This document shows, piece by piece, positions 40,738-54,235 of a DNA stretch of 64,000 nucleotides. The notes below the pieces were generated by a model. It had not been told where the DNA came from, did no database searches, and saw only the letters and a program-made list of their open reading frames with translations. Positions within the stretch are counted from its first letter, which is position 1. Each line of letters opens with the position of its first letter. This DNA comes from Lytechinus pictus (lineage: Eukaryota): contig NC_087251.1 in NCBI RefSeq assembly GCF_037042905.1, forward strand, positions 10,728,001 to 10,792,000. The letters run 5' to 3'. The position numbers and the translations under genes were made by a program.

Positions 40738-41280
40738 TAGTACAACCCCATCTCCCACATCTCGCGCCAAATCGTACTCTAAACACGTAGTGTTAACTTT
40801 TGGGGCAAAAAGTACATCATTTATAAAACATATTAGTCTTAATTTTTTACACCCTCGTAAATTTGACCCTAAACACGTAGCTTTCCTAGCGAAAATAGAT
40901 ACCCTTTTCCCCTTATTTTAGTGTTTTTGACACCCTTAGGGAAGAAGACGTCTGACTTTTAAAATGATGGATCCGCCATCATGATGATGGTGGTGCTTTA
41001 AATTGCCCATCGATCCACATCCCCTCGGACCCCGTCCAAACGCCCTGTTCATAGGCCTAGCTAGATTTGTTTATCACATTTCTTTATCACATTTCACAAA
41101 TGAAGTGGTAGCCAAATAAAGGTACATGTAGGTCAAATTCCAATTTATTCGCAGGCCATGACGTGGAACCTGCGTGGAACTGTCCAGGCAGGGGCGCGGA
41201 TCCGATTTCATTTTTAGGGAGGGGCCATGCAACGGACAGTGAAATCATGCAATTTTTGATGATACCTATATAGCATAGCC

Positions 41281-41457
41281 TAGTCTGCTGGGCAAACCCT
41301 TCACTCGAGTTAAGGGTCTAAATGTGCAGCCTACTCATGCCTTGTGTACTGAAGGCTCTCTCGCTCAGGGAACAGCAAGTTTTGTATGTGCTATAGTCTT
41401 TGCGTGGAGGCGCATTTATTGATCAAAGTTCCAATCAGGGTCTGTGCCTGCAGACTA
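41281..41457. mobile_element. AcademH-like MITE (177 bp)
   Basis: TAG..CTA termini (TAGTCTGC..CAAACCCT / AGGGTCTG..GCAGACTA) and perfect 9-bp TSD AGCATAGCC (41272-41280, 41458-41466). Confidence 0.75.
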
Positions 41458-41569
41458 AGCATAGCCCGTCATGGAGGGGTACAAGCTCGGTACAAGCTGC
41501 ACCCGCACCTGCCATTCTCCTCTTTGCACCTCCAATTGTACCTGCACACCCCCCCCCCTCTCTCTCCCT

Positions 41570-42015
41570 ACATTTGCCTCTCTGTTCCTCCCTCATTATC
41601 ACAATTATTGTAACCATATTATTATTATTTTTTTAATTACTATTATCATTTATTCTAATTTGTGTCACTATTTCGTTGTTACCTTCGATATATTCTATAG
41701 AGTCCTTTTAGGCTGTCTTATAGTTTTGTAATGTTGTCTCTACGTATTGAAAGTTTGAAACTAAGTTGCAGGGGCTTGCCTTCCATACAAGCTTTGCTTT
41801 TCTTGGCAAGCCCCTCCGTTCTGTTTTATATAGTTATTAGTCAAAGTTACTTTAGTTCGCATTAGTTCTCATTGTTCATACCTTCTAATTCTTATGCATT
41901 ATTCCGATTGATATTGTACTTTAAATTTGACTATGTATAATATTGTTACTTTGATTTTGTTGTGCTTTGTGAACGGAAAATGAATAAATCTAAATCTAAT
42001 CTAAATCTAAATCTA
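41570..42015 (+). mobile_element. LINE 3' end (5'-truncated)
   Basis: 11-bp stem AGGGGCTTGCC/GGCAAGCCCCT near 41770-41815, then AATAAA and (AAATCT)n tail; left boundary approximate. Confidence 0.55.
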
Positions 42016-43329
42016 AGCTGAGCAATTAGCGTACTTGAGGGGCTTGAGGGTAGCAGAATCCCGAGCAGAATAATCATCTTTTGGGTCGGGTATATCTAGC
42101 CGGGTCTGTTTCAGGTGATGACATTGAGTGGGCGTAGCGAGCAAACTATATACTAAAAGGGAGAGTTTTATTTTATCTATATTTGCCATCCGGGGTGGGT
42201 ACAATCGTGTTTGGGATGAATGATCCGCGGCGCAAATTACCAGTTTTGAGGGGGATTAGAGGAGGCCTACTGATGATAGACTAATTTTTTGTGATGTTTG
42301 CCTGGACTGATCCCTCACACAAATATCATCCATGCACTGACGTGAACACTTCCAACATAATACTTTAGGCTACTATAAAAATATGCCATATATAGTGATT
42401 TTCTTTTTAAAAAATTGAATAAAAAGTCCGGGTAATTTTTTTTCTTCAGAGAATGCCGGGGGAGAAAAAAGCTAGAACTTGCGGCAAATCGAGCTCAATC
42501 GAGGACAATCATGTCAGTATTTTTTTTTGTATGAAAGGCAAACTAAAAATCAGACTGGATGGGCGCGCACTGCGACAACCTTCCTGCAATAGTAGCGTGT
42601 AGGCCATGCAACCACAAACCAAGACGTCCATAAATCGAGTTCAAAGAAAAACAATAAAACCCTTTTTTTTTTGCTTGTCGATTTTTTTCCGTGGACGTAA
42701 TGTACTTAATCTTTGGTTGATTTTTTCCCCTTATTTTTAGCTTTTCCTCGGAAAAATTGCGCCCCGGCACCCCGGCCGCCCCCCCCCCCTTTTGAAAAAT
42801 CCTGGATCCGCCGGCCCCTTACCGTAGTGATCGACCGTGCGATGTGTAAAGGCGGCTCGATTTGCATCTTCACGTAGGGCCTCCGTACTGATCATAGCTT
42901 GGCCTTCACTACCCAGGCACTCCCGGCCCCCCCCCCCCCCCCAAAAAAAAGGGAATAATAAGGGAGCTAGAAGCCGGTGAATTTAGATGAGGAAAGGGGA
43001 AGGGAGGATCTCCTTCTAGTTTCCCTTCTTTTTCCCTAATTAATTATCCTAAGTAGCTTCTTTCCCTCCCAGGGCCTCCCCCGAGCCGGGGGAGGTTCCA
43101 AAGCCACCTCGGCGTCGGCCTCCCGTCATCCGCCCCTGGATGGAACGATCAAACTGTGACGCAATCATTGTTGACATTGCGACAGACCATTTTGGATATG
43201 AACGCGAACGGTCTCTCTCTGGTAGCCGGTCGTCGTCATTCGTGAAGATCATCTTCTGCACTTGCTTTACTTTTAGTTACTGCTCCATTTTAGGATTTGG
43301 TTGATCAGTTTTGACTGCAACAATTCACC

Positions 43330-43400
43330 ATGGCGCTTACTCTTCTCGGTTACACTATATCTTGGCCTTTGCTTGGTGCATTAGGAGCCATCTATTTTAC
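43330..43400 (+). CDS. First coding exon of a second, divergently oriented CYP3-like paralog
   Basis: cacc ATG...TTTAC|gtaagtcgcct; MALTLLGYTISWPLLGALGAIYF(T); 58/71 nt identical to 38002-37932, same length, phase and donor. Confidence 0.82.
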
Positions 43401-44134
43401 GTAAGTCGCCTCAAATTGTTTTTATAACTCAATTCAAATTCAATTCAATTATTTTGTCATGACTCATGTTCAATGATTATAAAAACACAAAAATTGTCCT
43501 CAGGCTCTTATTAACAAAAAGTGCATTAATTGAGACAAAAAAATAATCACAAACTATAAATACATCAAAATAATAATATAAATATACCAATAAAATAAAT
43601 ATACATAAATATAACTAGACCAAAAGCTTCAGTCTCTGTATTTTGGCTATTCCGCTGAACTACGTTGGCTCCACTCACCAATATTAATCCTTAGGCTTAG
43701 TTAGAGCAGCCATTCTCAATTACTTTTATTGAAGCGCCACATTTCTTGTTGAGAATCTGTAATGCTCCACTATGTCTCCCGCACTATCCATTACGCAAAC
43801 CAGCAATGTATCAGCGGAGGGGGTCCAGAGGCCCCTGGTGGGGGTCGAGGGGGCAGAGCTAGCCCCCAGAAGTTTTGGAATATGAGGCCTTTTAAATTGC
43901 CAGAGGGGCTCTAATTAATATCAACAGAAGAAATACAAATGCCAACAAACTACACAATATTAATATTAAAAGAAAAATTACCACTACCAGTGACTTTTTC
44001 ACAACATACCAATGATACCACTAGTTCAAACTGTTTTGCACCAGATCTTGGCTGAAGCAAGTGACGTAATGAGTAAAAAAAAATGAGGGGGCTAGATATG
44101 GCAGCTGAAGCAAAAATATTGAACTTTCCCTTAC

Positions 44135-46810
44135 AAAAATGTCGTGTGGTATATCTGTGTGGTACCCGGCTTTACCACACGAATTACCACATGAATGTAG
44201 GTTACCACATGGTTACCACATGAACATCTGTGGTAATTTTCCATATCCTTGTGTGGTAACGTCAGCTGGTAGCTGTGGTAATTTGTTGTCTATGTGGTAC
44301 TTCTGTGGTAAATCAAAATTACCACATGAATGCATGTTACCTCATGATGCCATTGTGTGGTAATATAAATTCAAATATGTGGTATTTGTGTGGTATCGTT
44401 ATATTTCTGTGGTAAATCAAAATTACCACAGGAATGCATGTTACCACATGATGCCATTGTGTGGTAATGTAAATTCAAATATGTGGTATTTGTGTGGTAT
44501 TGTATACTTCTGTGGTAAATCAAAATTACCACATGAATGCATGTACCTCATGATGCCATTGTGTGGTAATGTAAATTCAAATATGTGGTATTTGTGTGGT
44601 ATTGTTATACTGCTGTGGTAAATCAAAATTACCACATGAAAGCATGTTACCGCATTAGCCCATTGTGTGGTAATGTAAATTCAAATATGTGGTATTTTTG
44701 TAGTGTTATGCTCTGCGGTAAATCAAACTAACCGCATGAATGCAATACCACATGATGCTATTGTGTGGTTATGTCAATTCAAATATGTGGTATTTGTGTG
44801 GTATTGTTATACTGCTGTGGTAAATCAAAATTACCACAGGAATGCATGTTACCACATGATGCCATTGTGTGGTAATGTAAATTCAAATATGTGGTATTTG
44901 TGTGGTATTGTATCAGCGGCGTAACAGGGGTCGGTGGCCAGGGGGGGGGCAAGAGCCAAAAATTTCCCGGTCATATCATGGAACAGGCAATGGCGTCATA
45001 AGGCAAAAATTTTGAGGGGGCGATATGCATGGCGTATCGGGCAAATAGATATATATATATAAGCGAGCGAGCAAAATTTTTTTGATATTTTTATTGCAAA
45101 AATCAAATTTTGTGATAGATTTTGACATAATGTTAAAAAGATGAAATCATATTCACCCTCTCTTTCCTTTTTCTCTCTTTTTTTGTACGCCACGGTGAAC
45201 AGTATTTTTGTTATGATTGTGAGCATCAGGGCGAAGCTCTGTATGCTCGAGGGGGCCGAGTATGGCGCTTCTGGCAAGAAGTAGCTTAATATAGGTCCCG
45301 AGCGAGCGAAGCGAGCGAGATAAAAAAAATCACCTTTTTATCAGAATCTAACATGAAGATAGATTTTAACGTGATATTCAGAAAAATATAATACACTTTC
45401 CTTTCTTTCCTAATTTTTTTCTTTGGTTGTAGAACTTTTGGGGGCCGTGGTCCAAACTCATCCACATAACAGTGCTTTATGGGTGGGGTCCAGGGCAGAG
45501 CCCTGGAACCTCTTGATATCAAAGCCATTTTAAACCTTACAGATGGCCACTTATTTTAATCAAATTGCGTGTATTTTATATAGCTTTAACTCAACACATA
45601 AATTCAATGCAGTTGTGTATCGTAATCATCCAAATATTGTGAGGGGCACACCATAGCAAATGTGGAAAAATTTGTAAAAAGTCGCCAGCGAGCGAAGCGA
45701 GCCAGAAAAAATAAGGCCTGTTAAAATGAAATTCTAATTATGTGACAGATTTTTACATCATTATAGCAAATGTCATGTCATATATTTTTTTTCATTCATC
45801 TCATTTCGCTGCCTCCTTTTAATTTCTTTTATTTCCCCTTGGCTGTGGAACCCCCCCCCCCCCCGGTACGCCACTACTTCAACGTAAAGCTTAATGCAGG
45901 AAGGGTCTATATAGGGGCCCGTTACAGAGCCCCCACTGCACGGGGTCTTGACTCTTGGACAGAGCCTTTGGAGATTTAGCAAGTTTATGATAGACTTTCA
46001 TACGACATTATGCTATATATACCATCCATTTTTCTTCCCGCTCGTTATCTCAATCCTCGGCAGCCCGGTAGTGTACGTTATCTTGTCCCTATTCTTTATT
46101 CCAATTTAGATTTTGGCTAATTCCATTCTGCCTTTATTTCCCGCTTTTGTTTGTCTTTTTGTCATCTTTAATTTATTTCCCTGTCTTACTAATCATGCTA
46201 ATGTATTTGTATATCGGAGCGAATTGTTCTTTCTCACTTGTTCGTTTTTCCTTCCTTTTCCCGTTATCTAGCTATCCATTTTCCCTTTTTTATGTTTTTT
46301 CTTAGTTTTCTTTTCCCGTTTCCTTTCCTTTTTCCGTTCCCCTTTCCCCTTTTTCCTTTCCTTTCCCTTTCTTCCCCCCTTTTATTTTTTATTTTTCCCG
46401 GTGAGCTCCGCCAGGGGGGCAGCTTGCCCCCCCCCTGCCCCCCCGCCTGTTACGCCACTGTATTGTATACTTCTGTGGTAAATCAAAATTACCACATGAA
46501 TGCATGTACCTCATGATGCCATATTGTGTGGTAATGTAAATTCAAATATATGGTATTTGTGTGGTATTGTTATACTGCTGTGGTAAATCAAAATTACCAC
46601 ATGCAAGCATGTTATAGCAGTATATAGCCCATTGTGTGGTAATGTAAATTCAAATATGTGGTATTTTTGTGGTGTTATGCTCTGCGGTAAATCAAACTTA
46701 CCGCATGAATGCAATACCACATGATGCTATTGTGTGGTAATGTCAATTCAAATAGTGGTATTTGTGTGTTATTGCCCTTCTGTTGAAAATCTGAAATACC
46801 ACACAAAAAA
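44135..46810 (+). repeat. Left subterminal array: about 103-bp unit x 9 with TGTGGTAA..TTACCACA hairpin, interrupted at 44914-46460
   Basis: Unit ctgtggtaaatcaaaattaccacatgaatgcatg...gtaaattcaaatatgtggtatttgtgtggtattg. Confidence 0.9.
44914..46460. mobile_element. hAT-like non-autonomous element nested in the left array
   Basis: TIR CAGCGGCGTAACAGG / CCTGTTACGCCACTG; 8-bp TSD TATTGTAT (44906-44913, 46461-46468). Confidence 0.88.
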
Positions 46811-48387
46811 GTTGTCACACCCATATCTTAGACCCCCCTCAGCTCACCCCCTATCAAAATTAAAAATTGATTCGCCGGGGGGGGGGCGGTGACAGGCTTG
46901 CGCATGCGCACTTACCGCCAACATTTGAAAAGAACTCCGTTGCGTTGCAGTTAATTGAACTCCATCGAGAAGTGTGACGAAGAAGGCCGTTAATGATTCA
47001 ACTACTTAAAGAATACGGGTTAGATATGGACAACGACTTCGAAGACATTTGCAGTAGGCTAAACAGTAAGTTAGATAACCATTTTCTATGATTTTCTTTT
47101 CATAGTTTGTTAAATGCCCTGGCTTGCAACTAGCTAAAGATTTCGTCAATGAAAATGACATGACACTGGCAATCCCATCCTGTCTAACCGGGCGCTCGCC
47201 CGGCCCCGAGCGCCTGCTCGCTGCTGTGATGTGGACCACTGGCTGGTGGTCTCAAACTCAAAGTCTGCACACAGCACACCTAACGATATGAGTTTAGATT
47301 TAACGTGAATTTCCTATTATTTTACAAAATCTTTCAATTGATGATGTTCCTTGTATTCTTATGAGTAAGTGTGCAAAAAGTTTCATAAAAAATTGCGAGA
47401 AATAATTGATTTTCTTGGGAAAAAATCTCGGCCAGTCATGGTCATTTTGATTGAACAAAATGATTAGTGGTAGGATGGGGGTCGGGTGTCCGGACAGTTG
47501 ATCTTTTTGAGGCCTTCTTTTTTGTCTTTGGATTACACTAAAAATATGAATTCAATACTTTTAATCATCTTCTATTTTGTTCCTTATAATATTTCCTAAC
47601 ATTTTGTACTAAAAATTGATGGAACTTCGCTTGTAATTTTTTCCAAATGACTTTCTAAAATTGATCGTCCGGACACACAACAACTGGGTAATACTAATAA
47701 TGTCTGCGCACCTATTCACTTTACACAGACCTATTACACATGATGCGAAGATTTCGATAATAAGAAAGCAGTCACAGAGGCTGCATTTTGAGGCCGTCAC
47801 ATGAAATGCCCAGGAAAGAGTTCCATATGCAATTCCAATGCACCCCCCACCAACATGATCAAAAATAAGATTGTTGAGACTTAATTCCATTCCATTTCGT
47901 TCATTTCAGATTTTTCTATAATTTTTTTTTTACCGTTGTGTTGGCACCTAAGTTGGGACTTGAGATCACCTCGTTTTATTTGCAGTCAAGACCTGTTCCT
48001 GCTATGCTAGCGAGAAGTGCTGATACCGGAAGGGGTATTTTAACGATTATCAGCCAATAGTTCGACTAGACTTGACTCACAGAGTGACACAGACCCTTGA
48101 GTAAATAAACCGATGTCTATGGACAATTACACACACTAGATACATCCATACATGCTAGAAATTTGACGGAATAAAGCCATATTTTAGTATGTATTTCCAC
48201 TCCTAGTACTATCCACTCCCCCATCATATATGTTCTATATTGTGCTAGATATATTATTCTGAACCTTCTTCATGTTTTTCAATTTTAGGGGAGTGCATAT
48301 GGAACTCTTGCCAATGCCCTAAATTCATTATTTTCCCACCATTTTGAGTCAGATTTTTTATGAATAGATCTGTTTATGACATTTCAG

Positions 48388-48578
48388 GAGAAAGAGAGGG
48401 AGACCCAAAACTACCTGTCCTGGCATCACATTTGAGGAGAAGAAGTCGGTGAATATGACCTAGCCCGGGGGAGTTTCCAGAAGAAGGCCCTTAACCACCG
48501 GCCGCCAGGAGTGGAGGTCCTTTGTTGTTGCTCTACATGTCAGGAGGCATCGGGCAGTAGGTAAGACTAAGTAAGTAC
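48388..48578 (+). mobile_element. RTE-clade LINE 3' relic
   Basis: Broken frames read RKRGRPKTT...MT and QEWRSFVVALH, resembling the RTE ORF C-terminus, followed by a (TAAG)n-like tail. Confidence 0.6.
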
Positions 48579-49818
48579 AGTAGGCTCTTTCAGGTGTAAA
48601 GTTTATTTTTTGTTTGGAGTCGTTGCGTATCTTCCATTATCAGAATCGCGCAGATTCGGATGTGCGCAATCTTGGGGCACCTTATCTGTCAATGGTCCTA
48701 ACTGTACTAAGAGGACTCTGTGATGATATTTTTATCATTTTTACATTGTACCAGGGGTATTTTTATTCACGGAGCCTAGACAAGTCTCTGTTGCCTGTAG
48801 AACTTGGTACACAAAGATGGATTTCCGTAAAAAATCCACCTTTCCCACAATAATTTTTGGGCAAACATTTAATTTGTCCAATTTGTAAGCCTTTGTAATC
48901 TAAATATAAAAAATTAAGGCTTAAGAAATGTTAATTGTAAGCAGGTAAACATTTCGAAGGATCACTTGCTTGCAATTCCCAAGCTATATAACACAATGAC
49001 ATGACCTTTAACTGGAGTGACGTCCATATGCAAGAAAATACAGAGAGAATTGGTGCAAATGCATAGCTGATTGTGCTAGTATTAGATTCCAGGCTGACGT
49101 GTATCGGTTTGGACGTTCTAATGACAAGTTTAGAGTGTAATTTGGCGCTAATAGAGTTTCGCAACGGTTGATCTGGCGATGCCAGAAAACTAATTTCACC
49201 TCAAAATTTGTCAGATTTTTAGGCAAAATATCTATTCAATTTAATGTGTTCTAAAACTACTAAAGATTAAGTATAAGAATAATAATATATTCATAGGCCT
49301 ACCGATAGTAAAATTAAAAAAAATAATGAAAGGCCTAACTTAACCACATTTAGGGCCTATTACTATTGTATATTTAAAGCTTTTATACAGATTGTCTTTA
49401 ATTTGTGGAAGTTAAAAATCAAGATGATGATTAGATCTAGAATTCTCAGATCTGAAAGTTAGACCATAACTTACCTTAAAAATCCTGCAAAATTTTCTAA
49501 ATGCCTCATTTTGCCAGCCACATTTGAAAGGGTTCCTGCCCATTACGAAAGCTATGCACTTTAAAAGATTCATATTATTATTGTTAAAAAGACAAAAATT
49601 GAAGTGACAAGTAAGCTGCAAACAGTTGCTGGATACTCTTTGCATTAATATGTTCCTCACACTGACACTGCTGTTACAGTTCCATGTAAAAATTGAACAT
49701 TGAAATTGCATGCACATTAATGAGTGGCACATGTGAAGAATTACTTGTAGGACCCTTAGGCTTACTACACCATATATTTTGCGTCTTACCTACTGTGCAT
49801 GTGCCATGGCTGGGACAT

Positions 49819-50458
49819 GTATGGTGAGACTACCACATATCGACCACCTCTTTTGAAACCGACCACCTTCCGCGCGTTAAAATTATTGCGTATTACAAAC
49901 GATACGCGCGGGAGAGTAGGCGCATGCAGTGTCTATAGAAACGGTAAGAACCGATTTTACGAGAAAAAAAGAAGCAACAAAAAGTAAAAATTTAGTAGAA
50001 TTAATCAAAATTGTATTGACCAGACCCAAACCCCGCTGAAAAACCAAGAAATCCGATAGGAAACGGCTCTAGAACAAATATCCGTCGTCAATCGTCGAAT
50101 CATGTGCCGGAGCTCGCAGTGGAAGTAGTGAGACGATCATTTAGCATGTTGACATCATAGAACTGATGTGGAAGAGTAAAAATATTTCGCCACCGCGACA
50201 AGAATCGGTCGTAAACTTAATGTACTGCGGGTGGTCGGTTTCAAAAGACGGGTGCAAATGAGCAAATGTAAAATCGTCGTATTCGTTGTTCGTCGATATA
50301 TACGCGGATTGAATCGGAGTCGCCGAGCGAAACATGAGAATCTGATCTACTCAATTTTCTGCACAAATGAGACGAAAACTGGGTAAAATTGATGAATATT
50401 TTCGTAGACACAATGCTTAGAAGATTAGGTGGTCGATAAGGGGTAGTTCCAACCATAC
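49819..50458. mobile_element. MITE with inverted termini
   Basis: GTATGGTGAGACTACCACATATCGACCACCT vs AGGTGGTCGATAAGGGGTAGTTCCAACCATAC; internal inverted TTTTGAAACCGACCACC. Confidence 0.6.
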
Positions 50459-51427
50459 TTGTAGATTTTGCAATTTCTTGGCATGATTGAGGTTAACATT
50501 TTAATTTTTTTTTCTCTCTCTTTTTTGCAGCCCTGGTAGAAGCACCATCTTGATACTATCATTCAAACTCTCATCAGCTGTATCATTATAGGTGGACTAA
50601 AAGAACAATATTCATGCAGATATAATGGTGAGTACAAATTTATCCTTTTTGGAAGGTATTTTTTATTATTATTGTGTTATTTTGATTATTTACATGTGCA
50701 TGAACATGAGATGCAGTTAAATAATTTTGATTTTGTAACCACTCTGATACAAAGCTTGTGTAATGCTCTTACAGGGTTCATGCTGTTGTCAATTCAAACG
50801 TAATAGATAGGCATAAGTGAAACATCAACACCTAATGTGCATTTATGATCACATCAGAATTGATCTTCGTTATGTGAAATTGGCAACTTGTAATTTCTTA
50901 TTCAAACTGATGGAATTATCCCATAACCATTTAAAACACATTTTAAAAAAGCATGAATTAAAATCATGTTTAATTAAAATAAATATTTTTTTAAAAAATA
51001 AATTTACTCTAATAGAATGTCCTTCCCTATACAGAGATGGTTTGGAGGTGCAGCAGATCTTGAGGGCATCAAGCCCCCTCCCCGGACTTGACTTTACATG
51101 TTAATATTTTAAGTATAAATATGTAACAAACCCCACATTGTTTTTTAATCATTTGTTAAAAAGTTTGGAAATTGATATTGAAACCATGTAGTTTTTAATG
51201 AATATTAAATAGTTAATGCAGGAAAGGCTTTTATGTTTATCTTCTTCTGTTATTTTTGCAGATGCCTTAAGTTGAAATGGAAGGTGTCCTGAATCAGCAT
51301 CCATTCATCTGGTTTCGTAACTCCTTTCATAGTGCTATTGGAACCTGCTCCCTACCAGTATAACATCAAACAGATTGGAAGAATAAAGGCCAATGGGAAG
51401 TGCCTTTTATATTTCTACTTGCCACAA

Positions 51428-51860
51428 AGCAGTCCATGGTTTAGCGCAATCTAAACTGGACTATTGTAATGCTCTTCGTGCTTGAATTAGGGCGATCTGG
51501 ACTGACTGCAGATAGTACAGAATGCTGCATCTATTGTGCCATTTGCCATACGCCAACTTCGCTGGCTGCAAGTCAAGGAAAGGATATACATGAACATCAG
51601 TGTCCGTCTCCTGATTTTCAAAGTCAATGACAGAGATCCAGATTACATGTATTTTAAGGAATCCCTTGTGCGTCATTTTCATTCTAGGCGCACTTGCCTT
51701 TTTATTTTTGTGATCATTACGCACCTACAAATTAGCTACTGGTGATGCAACTTTCTCCACTACTGCTCCAAGGCCATGGAATTAGCTCCTTCCTCTCCTC
51801 CAGTTGTCAACAACCTTGGATCAATCCAAATACAATTTGAGAAGACCTACCATATTCCTG
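51428..51860 (+). mobile_element. Degraded L2/CR1-group LINE ORF2 3' fragment
   Basis: Remnant motifs AVHGLAQSKLDYCNAL, RQLRWLQVKERI, GDATFSTTAPRPWN*L. Confidence 0.7.
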
Positions 51861-53502
51861 ATCTTTGCTCTGTACTTACAACAATACTGTCACTGCCTGG
51901 TAATTTGAATTTTTTTAAATCTCATGTGCTGACTAGGATGGCGTCTCAATTCATCCAAATTAGACAAGGGATAATAAAGTAATGTATGACATTCTAACCT
52001 CTGCATTATTTTGGTGAAAGAGCTCTAAGCATATGCAAGTAGCAAGCTGATGATGTCATACTGACGTACATTGTACATGTACACGTATCCCCAACTTATT
52101 ATTTTGTATATAAAATTGTGCATTTAATTTTGTTTACCAAGAATGAAACAAATCGGATTGTAAACTGTATTGATGTGACTTACCTGTATTGATTATTGCT
52201 GGAAGTTCTTTTGCTACATGGGATTGGAAGACATACTTATTACACACATGAAGTAAATTATTATTTTATCTGGTAACATGAGAACAAAAAAAATGTGGGC
52301 ATGATATCATAAACTTACATGTATCTACTTGCATGTGTTGATGACCAATATTTTTGTAATTATTTTTTTATAAATTTTATCTGATTTTGATAAAATTTTC
52401 ACTATTTTGCATGGTAAAAATTACTTTATTTTAGATTATGTTGAGCCCGTATCATATACAAGTACAACTTTAAAGATAAATTACCAGTTGTAGTAACAAT
52501 CTTAAAATGAGTTCGAACAGAATCCAATAGAATTACCAGCAAAATATAAAAGATATGTGCCATAATTATAGCTCGGGAAGAAAATGTGTAATTGCTGAGA
52601 AATGAGCAAAATAAGCATGTAATTCTATCAAATGTCAGGTATTTTTCAAATCAATCATAATACACTGTCCTGTCCCACATATGCTTTTCTGTGTTAGTGA
52701 TCATCAGAATAATTGATTTTAAGTTCAAAATTAGTAATTTTACAAAGATACAAGTTTACATTAATGTACCAGATCTAGAGATTATGTACAAAATTTTTTG
52801 ACAATTTCTCATGAAATAATTGTTTGCTGCAACTGCTGTCTTTTTAATACCTCTAAGTGATAGTGTAATACAACCACAAACTTTTCTTAAGAATTAATGT
52901 ACATGTATGATTCTTTCACCCAAATTTACATGCATTGATACTGTTGACTACTTGCCAAAAGTTCCTGCCAAAAGCCTTTTTTTTTTACGATGTACATGCT
53001 TTTATAGACGACCTGCCAAAACATTGTATTGTATCTATATTCAAGGACCAACCAAAAAGAGATGAATAAAATGTTTGAAGGAAATTGAAATTAACTTTAA
53101 AAATGATAGCTGTCAATGCAGTATTATTACAGGGTTCCCACAGTCATGGAAAATCCTGGAAAAAATTGGTCATGGAAAGTCAGAGATATGTGAAAAGTCA
53201 TGGAATTGCATTTACCTCTTGGCTATGACAGCTTTCTAGTTTTTTATGTCTCACAACTCTCATACTCTGTGATTGTACTCTACTATTATAAGTGGTGTTC
53301 ATGATCATAACATGTCTGATTTTGTAAACTGTGCCAGTAAGGAATTAAGTCATGGAAAGCAGCAATTTAGTCATGGAGAGGTCATGGAATTCTGTTTTCA
53401 AATTTCTGTCAATAGGTCAATCAATAGGTTTGTGCACTTGACACAGTGTGCACTACATATGAACTTTGTAATGCCATGATATAAACCAGTACAATATCTT
53501 AA

Positions 53503-54235
53503 AGGAAAATAAAACCCAAAATATAATACCACATGATACCATTGATAAATACAGGACAATGAAAATGAATCCACTCATATACCCCCAATCCGATTTCCCA
53601 GTATGGAGTACCACCTTTTTAAAGTTGGCATCTTCTGGTTCGAAGTCTATGGATGGAGATTATTCCGTCAGCGACGAACTACATCTCTAAACGTTTGGGC
53701 ATTATATATTCTATTTCATCGATAATAAATCAAATGTACAGATAAAACTCATAAAATATTAATTAAAATATGTTTAATATTATATGATAGGTTCAAATTA
53801 CGACTTGATGAGTTTTAATGATAAAAATTACACCCTAATCTACGATTTACAAATTGGCAGCGAAAATCAATCAGAAATTGGGGTGTAAATCTTATCATTA
53901 AAACTCATCAAATTGTATTTTGAACCTACCATATATTAAACAAATTTTAACTAATATTTTTATGAGTTTTATCTGTACATTTGATTTGTTATTGATAAAA
54001 TAGAATATATAATGCCTAAACGTTTAGAGATGTAGTTCGTCGCCGATGTAATAATTTTCTAACTAACCCCGCGAAAATGGCGACCTCCATCCAGAAACTT
54101 CGAACCATACTGTAAGAGGCCAACTTTGAAAAGGTGGTACTCCGTAATTGGATTAGGGTATGAGTGGATTCATTTTGATTGTCCTGTATTTATCAATGGG
54201 ATCATGTGGTATTATGTTTTGGGTGTTATTTTCCT
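53503..54235. mobile_element. Foldback, TTAA-flanked (Kolobok-like) MITE, 733 bp
   Basis: TTAA|AGGAAAATAA...TTATTTTCCT|TTAA; inverted arms extend about 340 bp to a short central loop near 53845-53875. Confidence 0.85.

Noticed and set aside
43427..43760. Minus-strand LINE 3' end just after the CYP paralog donor
   Set aside because: Only a (TTGAA)n-like tail and faint motif similarity; too weak to call without a library search
44139..44924. Cys/His-rich short ORFs (also 55097-55877)
   Set aside because: Translation of TGTGGTAA repeat arrays
48388..48560. AT-hook-coding exon (RKRGRPK) with AG/GT boundaries
   Set aside because: Stops in all three frames; better explained as an RTE LINE 3' relic whose TAAG tail mimics a donor
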